DNA of 64,000 nucleotides from the human T2T-CHM13v2.0 reference genome, Homo sapiens: the NCBI RefSeq assembly GCF_009914755.1, contig NC_060931.1; one strand, 5' to 3'. The first letter of the stretch is position 1. Each line of letters opens with the position of its first letter. The notes under the pieces were generated by a model. That model made no database searches. It had not been told where the DNA came from and worked only from the letters and a program-made list of their open reading frames with translations. Below are positions 27,001 through 40,687 of this stretch, piece after piece. Position numbers and translations under genes: made by a program.

Positions 27001-30000
27001 TTGAATCCATTCCATTCCATTCCATTCCATTTGAATACATTCCACTCCATTCCATTCGAGTCCACTGCATTCCGTTCCATTCCACTCGAGTCCTTTCCAT
27101 TCCATTCGAGTGCATTCCATTCCATTCCATTCCACTCGAGTCATTTCCATTCCATTCGAGTCCATTCCATTCCATTTCTTTCCAATCCATTCCTTTCCAT
27201 TACAGTGTATTCCATTCCATTCGAGTCCATTCCATTCCATTCCTTTCCAATCCAATCCTTTCCATTACAGTCTATTCCATTCCATTCCATTCGTGTCCAT
27301 TCCATTCCATTCCACTTAAGTCCATTCCATTGCATTCCATTCAAGTCCATTCTTTCCATTCCATTCCTTTTGAGTCAATTCCATTCCATTCGAATCCATT
27401 CCATTCCATTTCTTTCCAGTCCTATTTATTCCATTACATTCTATTCCATTTGAGTCCATTCCATTGCATTCCATTCCATTCCATTCTATTGCATTCTTTT
27501 GGAGTCCATTCCATTCTATTGGAGTCCCTTTCATTCCAATCCATTCCTATCTATTCTATTCCATTCTATTCTATTGAATTGCATTCCATTCCATTTCATT
27601 CCTTTCCATTGCTTTCCATTCAATCCCATTCCATTCTTCTGCATTCCATTCCATTCCATTCTGTTCCATTCTCATTCGGTCCATTCTATTCCATTACATT
27701 CGAGTCTATTCTTATCAATTACATTCCATTCGAGTGCATTCCATTGCATTCGAGTCCTTTCATTCCATTTCTTTCGAGTACTTTCCATTCCACTGCATTC
27801 TATTCCATTGAAGCCCATTACATTCAATTCCACTCCATTCCATTCCTTTCCATTCTAGTCCATTCCATTCTTTTCCATTCCTTTCCATTCCATTCAAATC
27901 CATTAACTTCCATTCGATTCCATTCCTTTCCATTTCATTCGGGTCCCTTCCATTCCATTCCATTCCATTCTATTCCTTTCGAGTGCATTCCATTGCATTC
28001 CATTCCATTTCAGTGCATTGCATTCCATTCGAGTCCATTCCATTCCATTCCATTCTATTCAAATCCATTCCGTTCCATTCTATTGGATTCCATTTCAATC
28101 CATTGCGTTCCGTTCCATTCCACTCCGTTCCATTATGTTCCATTCTATTCCGTTGCCATTCCTTTTGTGTCCATTCCATTCCATTCCATTGGAATCCATT
28201 CCATTCCATTCCATTGCACTCGAGTTTATTCCAATCCATTCGAGTCTATTCCATTCTATTCCATTCGAGTCTACCCCATTCCATGCGAGTCCATTCCGTT
28301 CTGTTCCATTCCATTCCGTTCCGTTCTGTTCCATTCCATTTGGTTCCATTCCATTCCATTCGAATCCATTCCATTCCATTCCATTGCACTCGAGTCGATT
28401 TCATTCTACTCCGTTCCATTCGAGTCCATTCCATTTCATTCGAGTCCATTCCAATCCATTCCATTCCATTTGTGGCCACTTCATTCCATTCCATTCCATT
28501 CCATTCTTTTCGGGTCCTTTCAATTCCATTCCATTCCATTCTATTCCATTCCATTCCAATCCAATTCCATTCAAGTCCATTCCATTCATTTTGAGTCCAT
28601 TCCATTTCATTCCATTTGAGTCCGTTGTATTCCATTCCATTCCTTTCGAATCCATTCTATTTCATTCCATTTCATTTGCGTCCATTCCATTACATTCCAT
28701 TTCTTTCCATTCCATTCCATTCCATTCGAGTCTATTCCATTGCATTGCATTCCATTCGAGTTCATTCCACTGCATTCCATTTCGTTTGGGTCCATTCCAT
28801 TCCATTCCACTCAATTCGATTACATATCATTCCATTCCATTCCATTCCCTTCCACCTCATTTCATTCTAGTATATTCCACTCCATTCCATTCGAGGCTTT
28901 TCCATTTCCTTCCATTCCATTAACTTCCAATCCATTCCATTCCATTCCATTCCATTCCATTCCATTCCAATCGAGTCCATTCCATTGCATTTCAGTAAAT
29001 TCCATTCCATTGCATTTGATTCCATTCCATTCAATTCGAGACCAATACATTCCCTTCCATTACGTTTGACTCCCTTCCATTCCATTCCATTCCACTCCAG
29101 TCCATTCCATTCCTTTCCATTCCATTCGAGTCCATTCCATACCTTTAGAGTCCATTCCATTTCTTTCCATTCCCCTTGCATCTGTACGATTCCGTTCCAT
29201 TCCACTCTAGTCCATTCCATTCCATTCCATTCGAGTACAGTCCTTTCCACTGGAGTCCATTCCATTTAATTACTATCGAGTCCATTCCATTCCATAACAT
29301 TACTTTCCTTTCGAGTATGTTCAATGTAATTGCATTCCATTCGAGTCCATTCCATTCCATTCGGTTCCTTTCCATTGAGTTCATTCCTTTACATTACATT
29401 CCCTTCCATTCGTGTCCATTCGATTCCATTTCTTTCCACTTAAGTCCATTCCATTCCATTCCTTTCGAGTCCATTTAATACACTGCATTCCCTTCAAGTC
29501 CATGCCAATCCATTCCATTTGAGTCAATGCCACTCCATTCCATTAGACTCCATTCCATTCCACTCCATTCCATTAGAGTCCATAGAAATCTATTCCATTC
29601 GTGACCATTCATTTCCATTGCATTCGATTCCAGTACATTCCATTATATTCCATTCGAGTCCATTCCCTTGAATTGTATGCCACTCGAATCTAATGCATTC
29701 CATTTGAGTCCATTCCATTCCATTCGAGTGCATTCCATTCCATTCCATTCCATTCCATTCCATTCCATTCCATTCGTGTCCATACCATTCCATTCCATTA
29801 CATTCGAGGCCATTCCATTCTGTTCCTTTAGAGTCCATTCCTTTCCATTCCATTCGAGTGCATTCCATTCCACTGCATTCCATTCAAGTCCATTCCATTC
29901 CTTTCCATTCCATTCCATTCCATTCTATTCCATACAATTCGAGTCCATTCCATTCCATTCATTTCCATTCGTGTCCACTCCTTTCCATTCCACTCCATTC

Positions 30001-33000
30001 CATTCCAGTCCATTCCATTCCATTCCAATGCATTCTATTCCATTGAAGTCCATTCCAATCCATTCCAATCCATTCCCTTCCATTCCATTCCATTCCATTC
30101 CAGTCCATTCCTGTCCATTCCATTTCTTTGTGTCCAATCCTTTCCATTCCATTTGAGTCCATTCCATTTAATTCCAGTCCATTCCTGTCCACTCCATTAC
30201 ATTTCATTCCACTTGAGTCGTTTCCATTCCATTCCATTCCATTCAGATGCATTCCATTCCATTCGATTCCATTGCATTCCATTCCATTTGAGTGCATTCC
30301 ATTCCATTCCATTCCATTCTTTTCGAGGGCATTAAATGCAATTCCATTCCATTCGAGTCCATTACATTCCATTCCACTACATTCCATTCCATTCCAGGCC
30401 ATTCTATTCCATTTTATTCCATTCCATTCCATTTCATTCTATTATATTCCATTCCATTCAAGTCCATTGCTTTCCATTACATTCTTTTCCTTAGAGTCCA
30501 TTCAATTACATTATATTCCATATGAATCCTTCCTACTCCATTCCATTGTAGTGCATTCCATTGCATTCAATTTTATTCGAGTCGATGCCATTCCATTCCT
30601 TTCGAGTCTATTTCATTCCCTTGCATTTCATTCCATTCGAAACCATTCCATTCCATAACATTCCATTCGTTTTGAGTCCATTCAATTCCATTCCATTGCA
30701 TTCGAGTCCATTCCATTCTATTCCATTCGTGTGGTTTGCATGCTGTTCCTTTCGAGTCCATTTGATTAATTTCCTTTCCATTCCACTTGAGTTGATTCCA
30801 TTCCATTCCATGCCTTTCAAGTCCATCTTAATCTATTAGAACCCTTTCCATTCAATTCCATTCGTTTCCATTCCTTTCAATTTGATTCTGTTCTTTTCGA
30901 TTCCATTCCTTTCCATTGCAAAACATTCCATTCGAAGCCATTGCATTCCATCATATTCCATTCGATTCCATGCCATTCCATACCATTCCATTGGAGTCCT
31001 TTCCGTTCTATTACCTTCCCTTCATTGTGGGTCCATTCAATTTTTTCCATTGCATTCAAGTCCATTTCTCTGCACTCCCTTCAATTCAATTCCATTACAT
31101 TCAAGTCCATTCCACTCGAGTCCTTTCTATTCCATTCCTTTCGAATCCATTTTGTTCCATTCCATTCCATTGGAGTCCATTGCATTCCATTCAAGATCAT
31201 TCCATTCGATTCCATTCAATTCCTTTCCATTCGAGTCGTTTCCATTCCATTCGAGTCCATTCCATTCCAATCCACTCCATTTGAGTCCATTCCATTGCAA
31301 TCCATTCCACTCAACTCCATTGCATTCCATTGCATTTGAGTCTGTTCCATTCTATTCTATTCCATTTGATTCCCTTCCTTTCAATTCGATTCCTTTCTTT
31401 TCCAATCGAGTTCATTCCATTCCATTCGAGTACACACAATTCCATTCCATTCCATTAGAATCCATTGCATTCCAATCCATTCGAGTTCATACCTTTCCAT
31501 TCGAATCCATTCCATTCCATTCCATTCTATTCGAGTCCATTCATTTCCATTCGATTGCTCTTGAGTCCTTTACATTCCTTTCCATTCCATTCCATTCGAG
31601 ACCAGTGCATTCTATTCCATTGTATTCCATTCACGTCCATTCTGTTCCATTAAATTCCATTCCATTCCTTTCAGTTCCACTCAATTCCATAGCATTCCAT
31701 TCTATTCGATTGCATTCCTTGCCATTCCATTCCATTTTGGTCCATTCCATTCAATTCCATTCGAGTCAATTCCATTGCATTCCTTTGGAGTCCATTCCGT
31801 TGTATTCCATTCCATTACTTTGGAGACTATGCAATTGCAGTCCATTAAATTCGAGTGCATCCCATTCCATTACATTCGTGTCCATTCCTCTGCATTCCAC
31901 TCCATTGCAGTACATTCCATTGTCTTCCTTTTGATTCTAATCCATTACATTCCATTAGGTTCCATTCCATTACTGTCCATTCCATTAAATACCTTTCCAT
32001 TCCATTCAAGTCAATTCCATTCCATTCATGTCCTTTCCATTCCATTAACTTCGAGTCCATTCCATGAAATTCCATTCTTTTCTATTCCATTCCATTCCAT
32101 TCCATTCCATTCCATTCCATTGAATACCATTCCTTTCCGTTATAGTCCATTCCATTCCATTCAACTCCAATCGGGTCCATTCCATTCAATTGCACAGCAT
32201 TCCATTCGAGTGCAGTCCATTCCATTCAAGTAAATTCCATTCCATTCCATTTCATTCGAAGCCATTCCATTCCATTCCATTCCATTCCATTAGAGTCCAT
32301 TCCATTCCATTCTATTCCCTGTGTGGCCATTGCATTCCATTCCACTCAAATCCATTCCATTGCATTCAAGTCCATTAGAGTCCATTCCACTCCGTTATAT
32401 TCAACTCGAGCCAAATCCCTTCTATTCCATTCAATTAGATTCCATTCCAATCCATTCGAAACCATTCCATTCCATTCCATTAAAGTCCATACCATTCCAT
32501 TCCTTTCCATTTCATTGAATTTCTTTCGAGTCCATTCACTTCAATTGCATTGCATTCGATTCCATACCATTCCATTCCATTCCAATACATTATTCCATTC
32601 CATTCCATTCCATTCCATTCCATTCCATTCCATTCCATTCCATTCCTTTTCATTACATTAAATTCCATTCTATTCGAATCCATTCCTTTCTTTTACATTC
32701 CATTCCATTACACTCCATTCCATTTCATTTCTTTGCATTCAAGACCAATACACTCCATTCTTTTCGAGTCCATTCCATTACACTCCATTCCTTCCGTGTC
32801 CATTCCATTCTATTCCATTCGAGTCCATTCCTGTCCATTCCTTTTGATACCATTTCTTACCATCTATTCTAGTCCATTTGAGTCCATTCCTTTCCATTTC
32901 ATTCTGCTCGATTCTGTTCCATTCCTTTCAACTCCATTCCATTCAATTCCATTCCAGTCCATTTGATTGTATTTTATTCCATTTGAGTCCATTCCTCTTC

Positions 33001-36000
33001 ATTACTTTTGAGTCGTTTCCATTCCCTTCCACTCCATTGTGTTCCATTCAACTCAACTCCATTCCGTAATTTTTTATTCCTTTCCAGTCCATTCCATTCC
33101 ATTCAACTCCATTCCATGCCATTTGGGTCCATTTCATTCCATTCCATTTGGGTCCATTCCATTCCATTCCATTCCACTCCATTCATGTCCATTCCATTTA
33201 CTCCATTGCATTTGATTCCATTCCTTTCAATTCCATTCAATTCCATTGCATGTGAATCCATTCCATTCCATTCCATGCTATTCCACCTCAGTCCATTCCT
33301 TTCCATTCCATTCCTTTCGTGGGCTTTCCATTCCTTTTGAGTCCATTTCATTCAATTCCTTTGGAGTCCACTCCATTCCTTTGTATTCCATTTGAGTCCA
33401 TTCCACTCCATTCCATTCGACTCCATTCCACTCCAACTCCTTCCATTCGAGTCAATTCCATTCCATTCCATTCCATTCCATTCCATTCTATTCCATTCGA
33501 GTCCATTCCTTTCCATTCCATTCCATTCGAGACCATTCCATTCCATTTGAGTCCATTCCATTCCATTCCATTGGAGTCCATTCCATTACATTCTGTTCCT
33601 TTTGAGTCCATTCCATTCCATTCCATTCGATTCCATTCCTTTCTAGCCCATTCCATTCGAGTCCATTCCATTCCATTCCATTCCATTCGAATCCATTCCA
33701 TTCCATTCCATTCCATTCGAGACAGTAGATTCCTCTCCATTCGATTCTTATTCAAGTCCATTCCATTCCATTATATTCTATTCCATTCAAGTCCATTCCA
33801 TTCCTTTCCTTTCCATTAAATTCCAAACCATTCCATTCAACTCCATTCCTTTAAATTCCAATCCATTCCATTCCCTTCCATTCCAATTCATTCCATCCAA
33901 TTCCATTCCGATCCATTCCATTCCATTCCCTTGGAGTACATTCCATTCCATTCCATTCCAGTCAAGTGCATTCACTTCCATTCCATTCCATTCCAATCGA
34001 GTGCATTCCATTGCATTCTGTTTGAGTGCATTTCTTTCTATTCCATTGGAGTCCATTCCATTAAATTCCATTCTATTCCATTGTAGTCTCTTCCATTCCA
34101 TTCCATTCCATTCGTGTCCATTCCATTCCATTCCAATCAATTCCATTAGAGTCCATTAAATTAAATTCCATTCTATTCCATTTTAGTCTCTTCCATTCCA
34201 TTCCATTCCATTCGTGTCCATTCCATTCCATTCCAATCAATTCCATTAGAGTCCATTAGATTAAATTCCATTCCATTCCACTCGAGTCCATTCCACTCCA
34301 TTACATGCCATTTGAGTCCATTCAATTCTAGTCCATTCCATTGCATTCCATTCCTTTCCATTCCATTCGAATCCATTCCCTTGCATTCCTTTCCATTCTT
34401 GTGCTCTCCATTCTTTAACATTAGAGTCCATTACATTCCAGTCCATTCCATTCGTGTCCATTCCATTCCATTCGAGTCATTTCCATTCCATTCCATTTTA
34501 TTTGAGGCAATTCCATCCCATTATATTCCATTCGAGTCCACTCCATTCCATTCTTTTTCAATCGAGTACATTACATTCCATTCCATTTCATTCGAGGCAA
34601 TTCCATCCCATTCTATTCCATTCGAGTCCATTCCATTCCATTCCTTTCCAATCGAGTCCATTCCATGCTATACCATTCATCTGGATTCCATTCCATTCTG
34701 TTCCATTCAAGTCCATTCCATTCCATTCGAGTGCATTCCATTCCATTTCATTCCACTCAATTCCGTTCAATTCTACTCTATTCCATACATATCCATTCCA
34801 TTCAAATCCATTCCATTCCATTTCATTCCATTCAAATCCAGTCTATTCCATTTGATTCCATTGCATTCCGTTCCATCCGAGTCCATTCCGTTCCTTTCCA
34901 TTCCATTCCTTTTGAGTGCATTCCACTACATTCCACACCATTCGCATCCATTCCTTTGTCTTTCATTCTGTTCGGGTCCATACCATACAATTCCATTCAT
35001 GTTAATTCCATTCCTTTCTTTTCGAATCCATTGCATTGCCTTCGATTTCATTCCTTTCGAGAAGTTCATGTCCATTCCATTTCACTGGATTGCATTCCAT
35101 TCCATTCGAGTCCATTCCAAGGAATTCAATTCCATTAGAGACCATTCCTTTCTACTACATTGGAGTCCATTCCTTTCGATTCCATTAGATGCCATTCCAT
35201 TAGAGTCCATTACAGTAAATTCCATTCCATTCTAGTCCTTTCTATTCCATTGGAGTGCATACCATTCCATTGTCTTTGAGTCCAATCCATTCAATTCAAT
35301 TCTATTCCATTCAAGTCCATTCTATTTCTTTCCATTCCATTCCATTCCATCCTATTTGAGACCATTCCATTCCATCGAGTCCTTTCCACTCCATTAGAGA
35401 CCATTCCATTGCATTCCATTTCACTCAAGTCCAATCAATTCCATTACATTTCATTTGCGTCTGTTCCATTGAATTTCATTCTTGTTCAATGCATTCAAAT
35501 CCATTAGAGTCCGTTCCATTAAATCCCATTTTATTAGAGTCGAGTCCATTCCATTCTATTCCATTCCACTCAAGTATTTTCCATTCCATTTGAGTCAATT
35601 CCTTTCCATTCCATTCCACTCCACTCTAGTCGAATCCATTCCATTTTAGTCAAATCCATTCCATTCCATTCCATTCAATTCCATTCCATTTTATTTGATT
35701 GCATTCCATTCCATTCCATTCTATTTCATTCAAGTCCATTCCATTGCATTCCATTCCATGCCACTCCATTCCATTCAACTGCATTCCATTCCATGCCATT
35801 CAGTTCATTCCATTCCTTTCCATTCCATTCCAATAAATTTGTGTCCATTACATTCCATTCAAGTCCATTCCATTCCATTCTATTCCATTCGCGACCATTC
35901 CTTTCCATTCCATTATAGTCCATTCTATTAAAGTCCAATGAAACAAATTCCATTCTATTCCATTCGCGTCCAATCCTTTCCATTCCATTATAGTCCATTC

Positions 36001-39000
36001 TATTAAATTCCAATCCAACAAATTCCATTCTATTGCATTCGAGTCCATTCCATTCCATTGGACACATCCATTCCATTCCATTCGAGTCTGTTCCATTTCC
36101 TTTCATTCCATTCCTTTCTGTTCCATTCCATTCCATTTGTGTCCAAACATTTCCCTTCCATTCCATTCCAATTCATTCGAGTCCATTCCATGACATTCCA
36201 TTAGTGTGCATTAAATTCCATTGCATTCCATTCATGTGCATTCCATTCCATTCCATTCCATTCCATTCGTTTCCATTCCATTCCATTCCATTCCTGTCCC
36301 TTCCATTCCATTAGAATCCATTCCATTCCATTCCATTAAATCCCATTCCGTTGCATTCTATTTCATTCGAGTCTGTTCCATTCCATAGCCTTCCATTCGA
36401 GTTCATTCCATTCCATCGCTTTCCATTCAAGTCCATTCAATTGCTTTCAAGTCCATTCCATTTCACTCTACTCCATTCCATTTCACTGCATTCCATTCCC
36501 TTCCATGCGTTGCCATTCAATTCTATTCCATTGTATTCAATAAGACTCCATTCCATTCCATTCCATTCCTTTCAAGTCAATTCGACTCCATTCCATTCCA
36601 CTGCAGTCCATTCCTTTGCATTCAATTCCTTTCGGGTCCATTTCTTTCAATTCCATTCCAGTCAATTCCATTCCATTCCATTTGAGTCAATCTCATTGCA
36701 TTCCATTCTATTTCTTTGGAGACCGTTCATTTCCATTCCATTCCATTGCATTCCTTTCAGTTCCATTCCATTAGAGTCCATTCCATTGTATTCTATTCTA
36801 TTAGATTCCATCCCATTCTATTCGATTCGATTCCATTCCTTTCCATTCCATTAGGTTCAATTCCATTAGATTCCATTTCATTGAATTCTATACTTTTCTT
36901 TTCGAATCCACTCCATTCCATTGCCTTCAAGTCCATTCCAATCCATTCCATTCTATTCCATTCAAGTCCATTCCGTTCCATCCCATTATATGCCGTTCCA
37001 CTCCATTCAATTCCATTCCAGTCCTATCCATTCCATTCCTTTCAATTAGGGTCCATTCTATTCTAATCAATTTGAGGCCATTCTATTCCATTCCATTCCA
37101 TTCCATTCCATTCCATTCCATTCCATTCCATTCCATTCCATTCCATTCCAATCAAGTCCATTGAATTTCATTCCATTCCTTTCAAATCCATTCCATTCCA
37201 TTTGATTCCATTCCATTCCATTCTATTCCATTCCATTCCATTCCATTCCAGTCCAATTCATTCCATTCCTTTCAATTCGCGTCCATTCCATTCTAATAAA
37301 TTTGTGTCCATTCCATTCCATTCCAATCAAGTCCACTCTATTCCATTCCATTCCTTTCGAATCTATTCCAGTCCATTCGATTCCATTCCATTCCATTCTA
37401 TTCCATTCCTTTCCATTCCTTTCCTTTGCTTTCCATTCCATTCGATTCCATTCCAATCGTTTCCATTCCATTCCATTCCATTCCTTTCCTTTCCATTCCA
37501 TTCGATTCCATTGCAATCATGTCCATTCCATTCCATTCCATCCCATTCCAATCCATTCGGTTCCATTCCATTCCATTTCATTTCTTTCGAGTCCATTCCC
37601 TTCCATTGCACTCCATTACATTCGGGTTCATTCCATTCCATTCCATTGCATACGAGACCATTCCTTTCCATCCCATTCCATTCCATTCGGGTTCATTCCA
37701 TTCCATCCCATTCTATTCCATTCCATTCCATTCCATTCCATTCCATTCCATTGCATTCTGTTCTTTTGGGATCATTCCTTTCAATTCCATTTGTGTCAAT
37801 TCCATTCCATTCCATTTGAATCCATTCCACTGCATTCCATTCCATTTCTTTCAAGACAATGCATTTCCATTCCATTCCGTTGCATTCCATTCGAGTCCAT
37901 TCCATTGCATTCCATTATATTATATTCCATTCCATTCTATTCGATTCGATTCCTTTCCTTTACATCCCATTATGTTCCATTCCATTTGATTCCATTCCAT
38001 TCAATTCCATTCATTTCCATTCAATCCATTCCTTTCCAATCCATTCCATTCCATTCCATTTGAATCCATTCCGTCCCATTCCATTCCATTCCATTCCATT
38101 CCATTCCATTCCATTCCATTCCAGTTCGTTCCATTCAATTCCATTCCATTCCTTTCAATTGGGGTTCATTGCATTCAATTCCATTTGAGTCCATTCCATT
38201 CCATCACAATCAAGTCCATTCAATTACTTTCCATTCAGTTCAACTCCATTCCATTGCATTACATTCGAGTCCATTCCATTCCATTCCACTACAGGCCATT
38301 CCATTAAATCCAGTTATTTTCATTTTGAGTCCATTCTATTCCATTACATTCCATTCGATTCCTTTCCATTCCATTCGAGTCCATTCTATTCTATTGCTTT
38401 CAATTCCATTCCATTTCATTCCATTCTATTCCATTCAAGTCAATTCCATTCCATAGAATGCCATGCCATTCAAATCATTTCCATTCCATTCAATTACATT
38501 CAATTCGTTTCCATACCATTCCATTCTTTCAAGTCTATTCCATTCCATTCCACTCCAATCGGGTCCATTCTATTCCATTTCATTCCTTTCGTGTCCATTT
38601 CTTTTTAGTCCATACCTTTCCATTCCAATCCATTCCATTCGTATTCATTCCATTCCTTTGCATTCGTGTCCACTCTTTTTCATTCCATTCCATTCGTGTT
38701 CATTCCATTCCATTCCATTCGAGTCCATTCTGTTACATTCCATTCCATTAGAATCCATTCCATTCCATTCCATTCCATTCCATTCCATTCCTTTCCATTC
38801 CATTCCCTTCCATTCCATTCCATTCCCTTCCATTCCATTCCATTCCATTCCCTTCCACTCGATTTGTTTCCATTACCTTATATTCCATTCAAGTCAATAC
38901 CATAACATTCCATTCCATTCCATTCCATTCCATACCATTCCATTCCATTCCATTCCACTCCATTCGGTTCAATTCCATTCCACATCATTCCGTTTGGGTC

Positions 39001-40687
39001 CATTCCATTCTATTCCGTTCGAGTCAAATCCAATCCATTCCATTCCATTCGAGTCCATTTCATTCCATTCCATTCCACAACATTCTATTCCATGCCATTC
39101 TAGTCCAGGCCATTCAATTCCACTGCATTCAAGTCCATTCCTTCCATTCGAGTTCATTCAGTTCTGTTCTATTCCTTTTGAGTCCTTGCCTTTCCATTCC
39201 ATTCGAGTTCATTCCATTCCAAACCATTCCATTCGAGTCAAATACATTCAATTCCATTGGAGTCCATTCCATTGTATTCCATTCCATTCGAGTCCATTAC
39301 ACTTCATTCAATTCCTTTTGGGTTCATTCCATTCCATTTCGTTCCTTTTGGGTCCATTCCATTCAATCCATTTGTGTCAATTCCATTCCATTCCATTCTA
39401 ATCCATTCCATTGCATTCCATTCCATTCCTTTAGAGACCATTCAATGACATTCCATTCCGTTCGGGTCCATTGCACTCCACTCAAATCCTTTTTTGTCCA
39501 TTCAATTCCATTCGAGTCCATTCCACTCCATTCAATTGCTTTCCAGTCCATTCCATTCCATTCCATTCCATTCCATTCCATTCCTTTTGGGTCCACTACA
39601 TTCAATTCCACTTGTGTCAATTCCATTCCATTCCATTCTAAACCATTCCATTGCATTCCATTCCATTCCTTTAGAGAACATTCAATGACATTCCATTCTA
39701 CTCGGGTCCATTCCATTTCATTATATTCGAGTCCATTCCATTGCATTCCCTCCCATTCAACTCCATTCAATACTATTCAGTTTGAGTCCATTCTTTACAT
39801 TCCATTGGATTCCACTCAACAAGAATGCATTCCATTCCATTGCCTTTGATTAAATTCCGTTCCATTCGAGTCCATTCCATTCCATTGCCTTCGAGTGCAT
39901 TCCATTCCATTCCATTGTATTCCATTCAAGTCCACTCCATTCCTTACCATTCCAGTCCATTCCATTACTTTCGGGTCCCTTCAATTAAATTGTGTTCCAA
40001 TCAAGTCCATTCAATTCCATTCCATTCTATTGGAGACAATTGCACTGAATTCTGTTCGAGTCCATTTCATTCGAGTCCATTCCATTAAAGGCCATTCAAT
40101 TTGACTCCATTCCATCCCATTCCATTCCATTCCATTCCATTCCTTTCATTTCAATTCTATTCCATTCGTGTCCATTCCATTCCATTTCATTCCATTCAAT
40201 TTGTGTCCATTCCATTCCATTCCATACCATTCCATTCCATTCCATTCCATTCAATTCGGGTACCTACCATTGGTTTCCATTAGAGTCCATTCCATTAAAG
40301 TCCAATCCAACAGATTTCATTCTATTCTTTTCGAGTCCTTTCCATTCCATTGGAGTTCATTCCATTCCATTCAATTCGAGTCTATTTCATTCCCTTCCAT
40401 TCCATTTCATTTCATTCCCTTCCATTCCATTTCATTTGATTCCCTTCCATACAATTCCATTGTATTTCTGTGCAAACAATTCCATTCTGTCCATTCCATT
40501 CCATTCGGGTCCATTCCATTCCATTCCATTCGTGAGCATTCCATTCGATTCCGTTCCATTCCATTACATTCGTGTCCATTCAATTCCATTCTTTTCCATT
40601 CCATTACGATACCTTCGAGACCATTCCATTCCATTCAATTCCATTTCAGTTCATTCCACTGCATTCCATTCCAATACATTCCATTCC
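21074..40687 (+). repeat. Human satellite 3, CATTCGAGTC-rich variant without the ACTCGGGTTG decamer (probably HSat3A class)
   Basis: 5-bp (CATTC)n with frequent CATTCGAGTC/CATTTGAGTC and no GATGAT spacers. Clear kb-scale periodicity in 21-26.4 kb and more degenerate sequence after ~29 kb. The A/B label is an inference. Confidence 0.9.
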
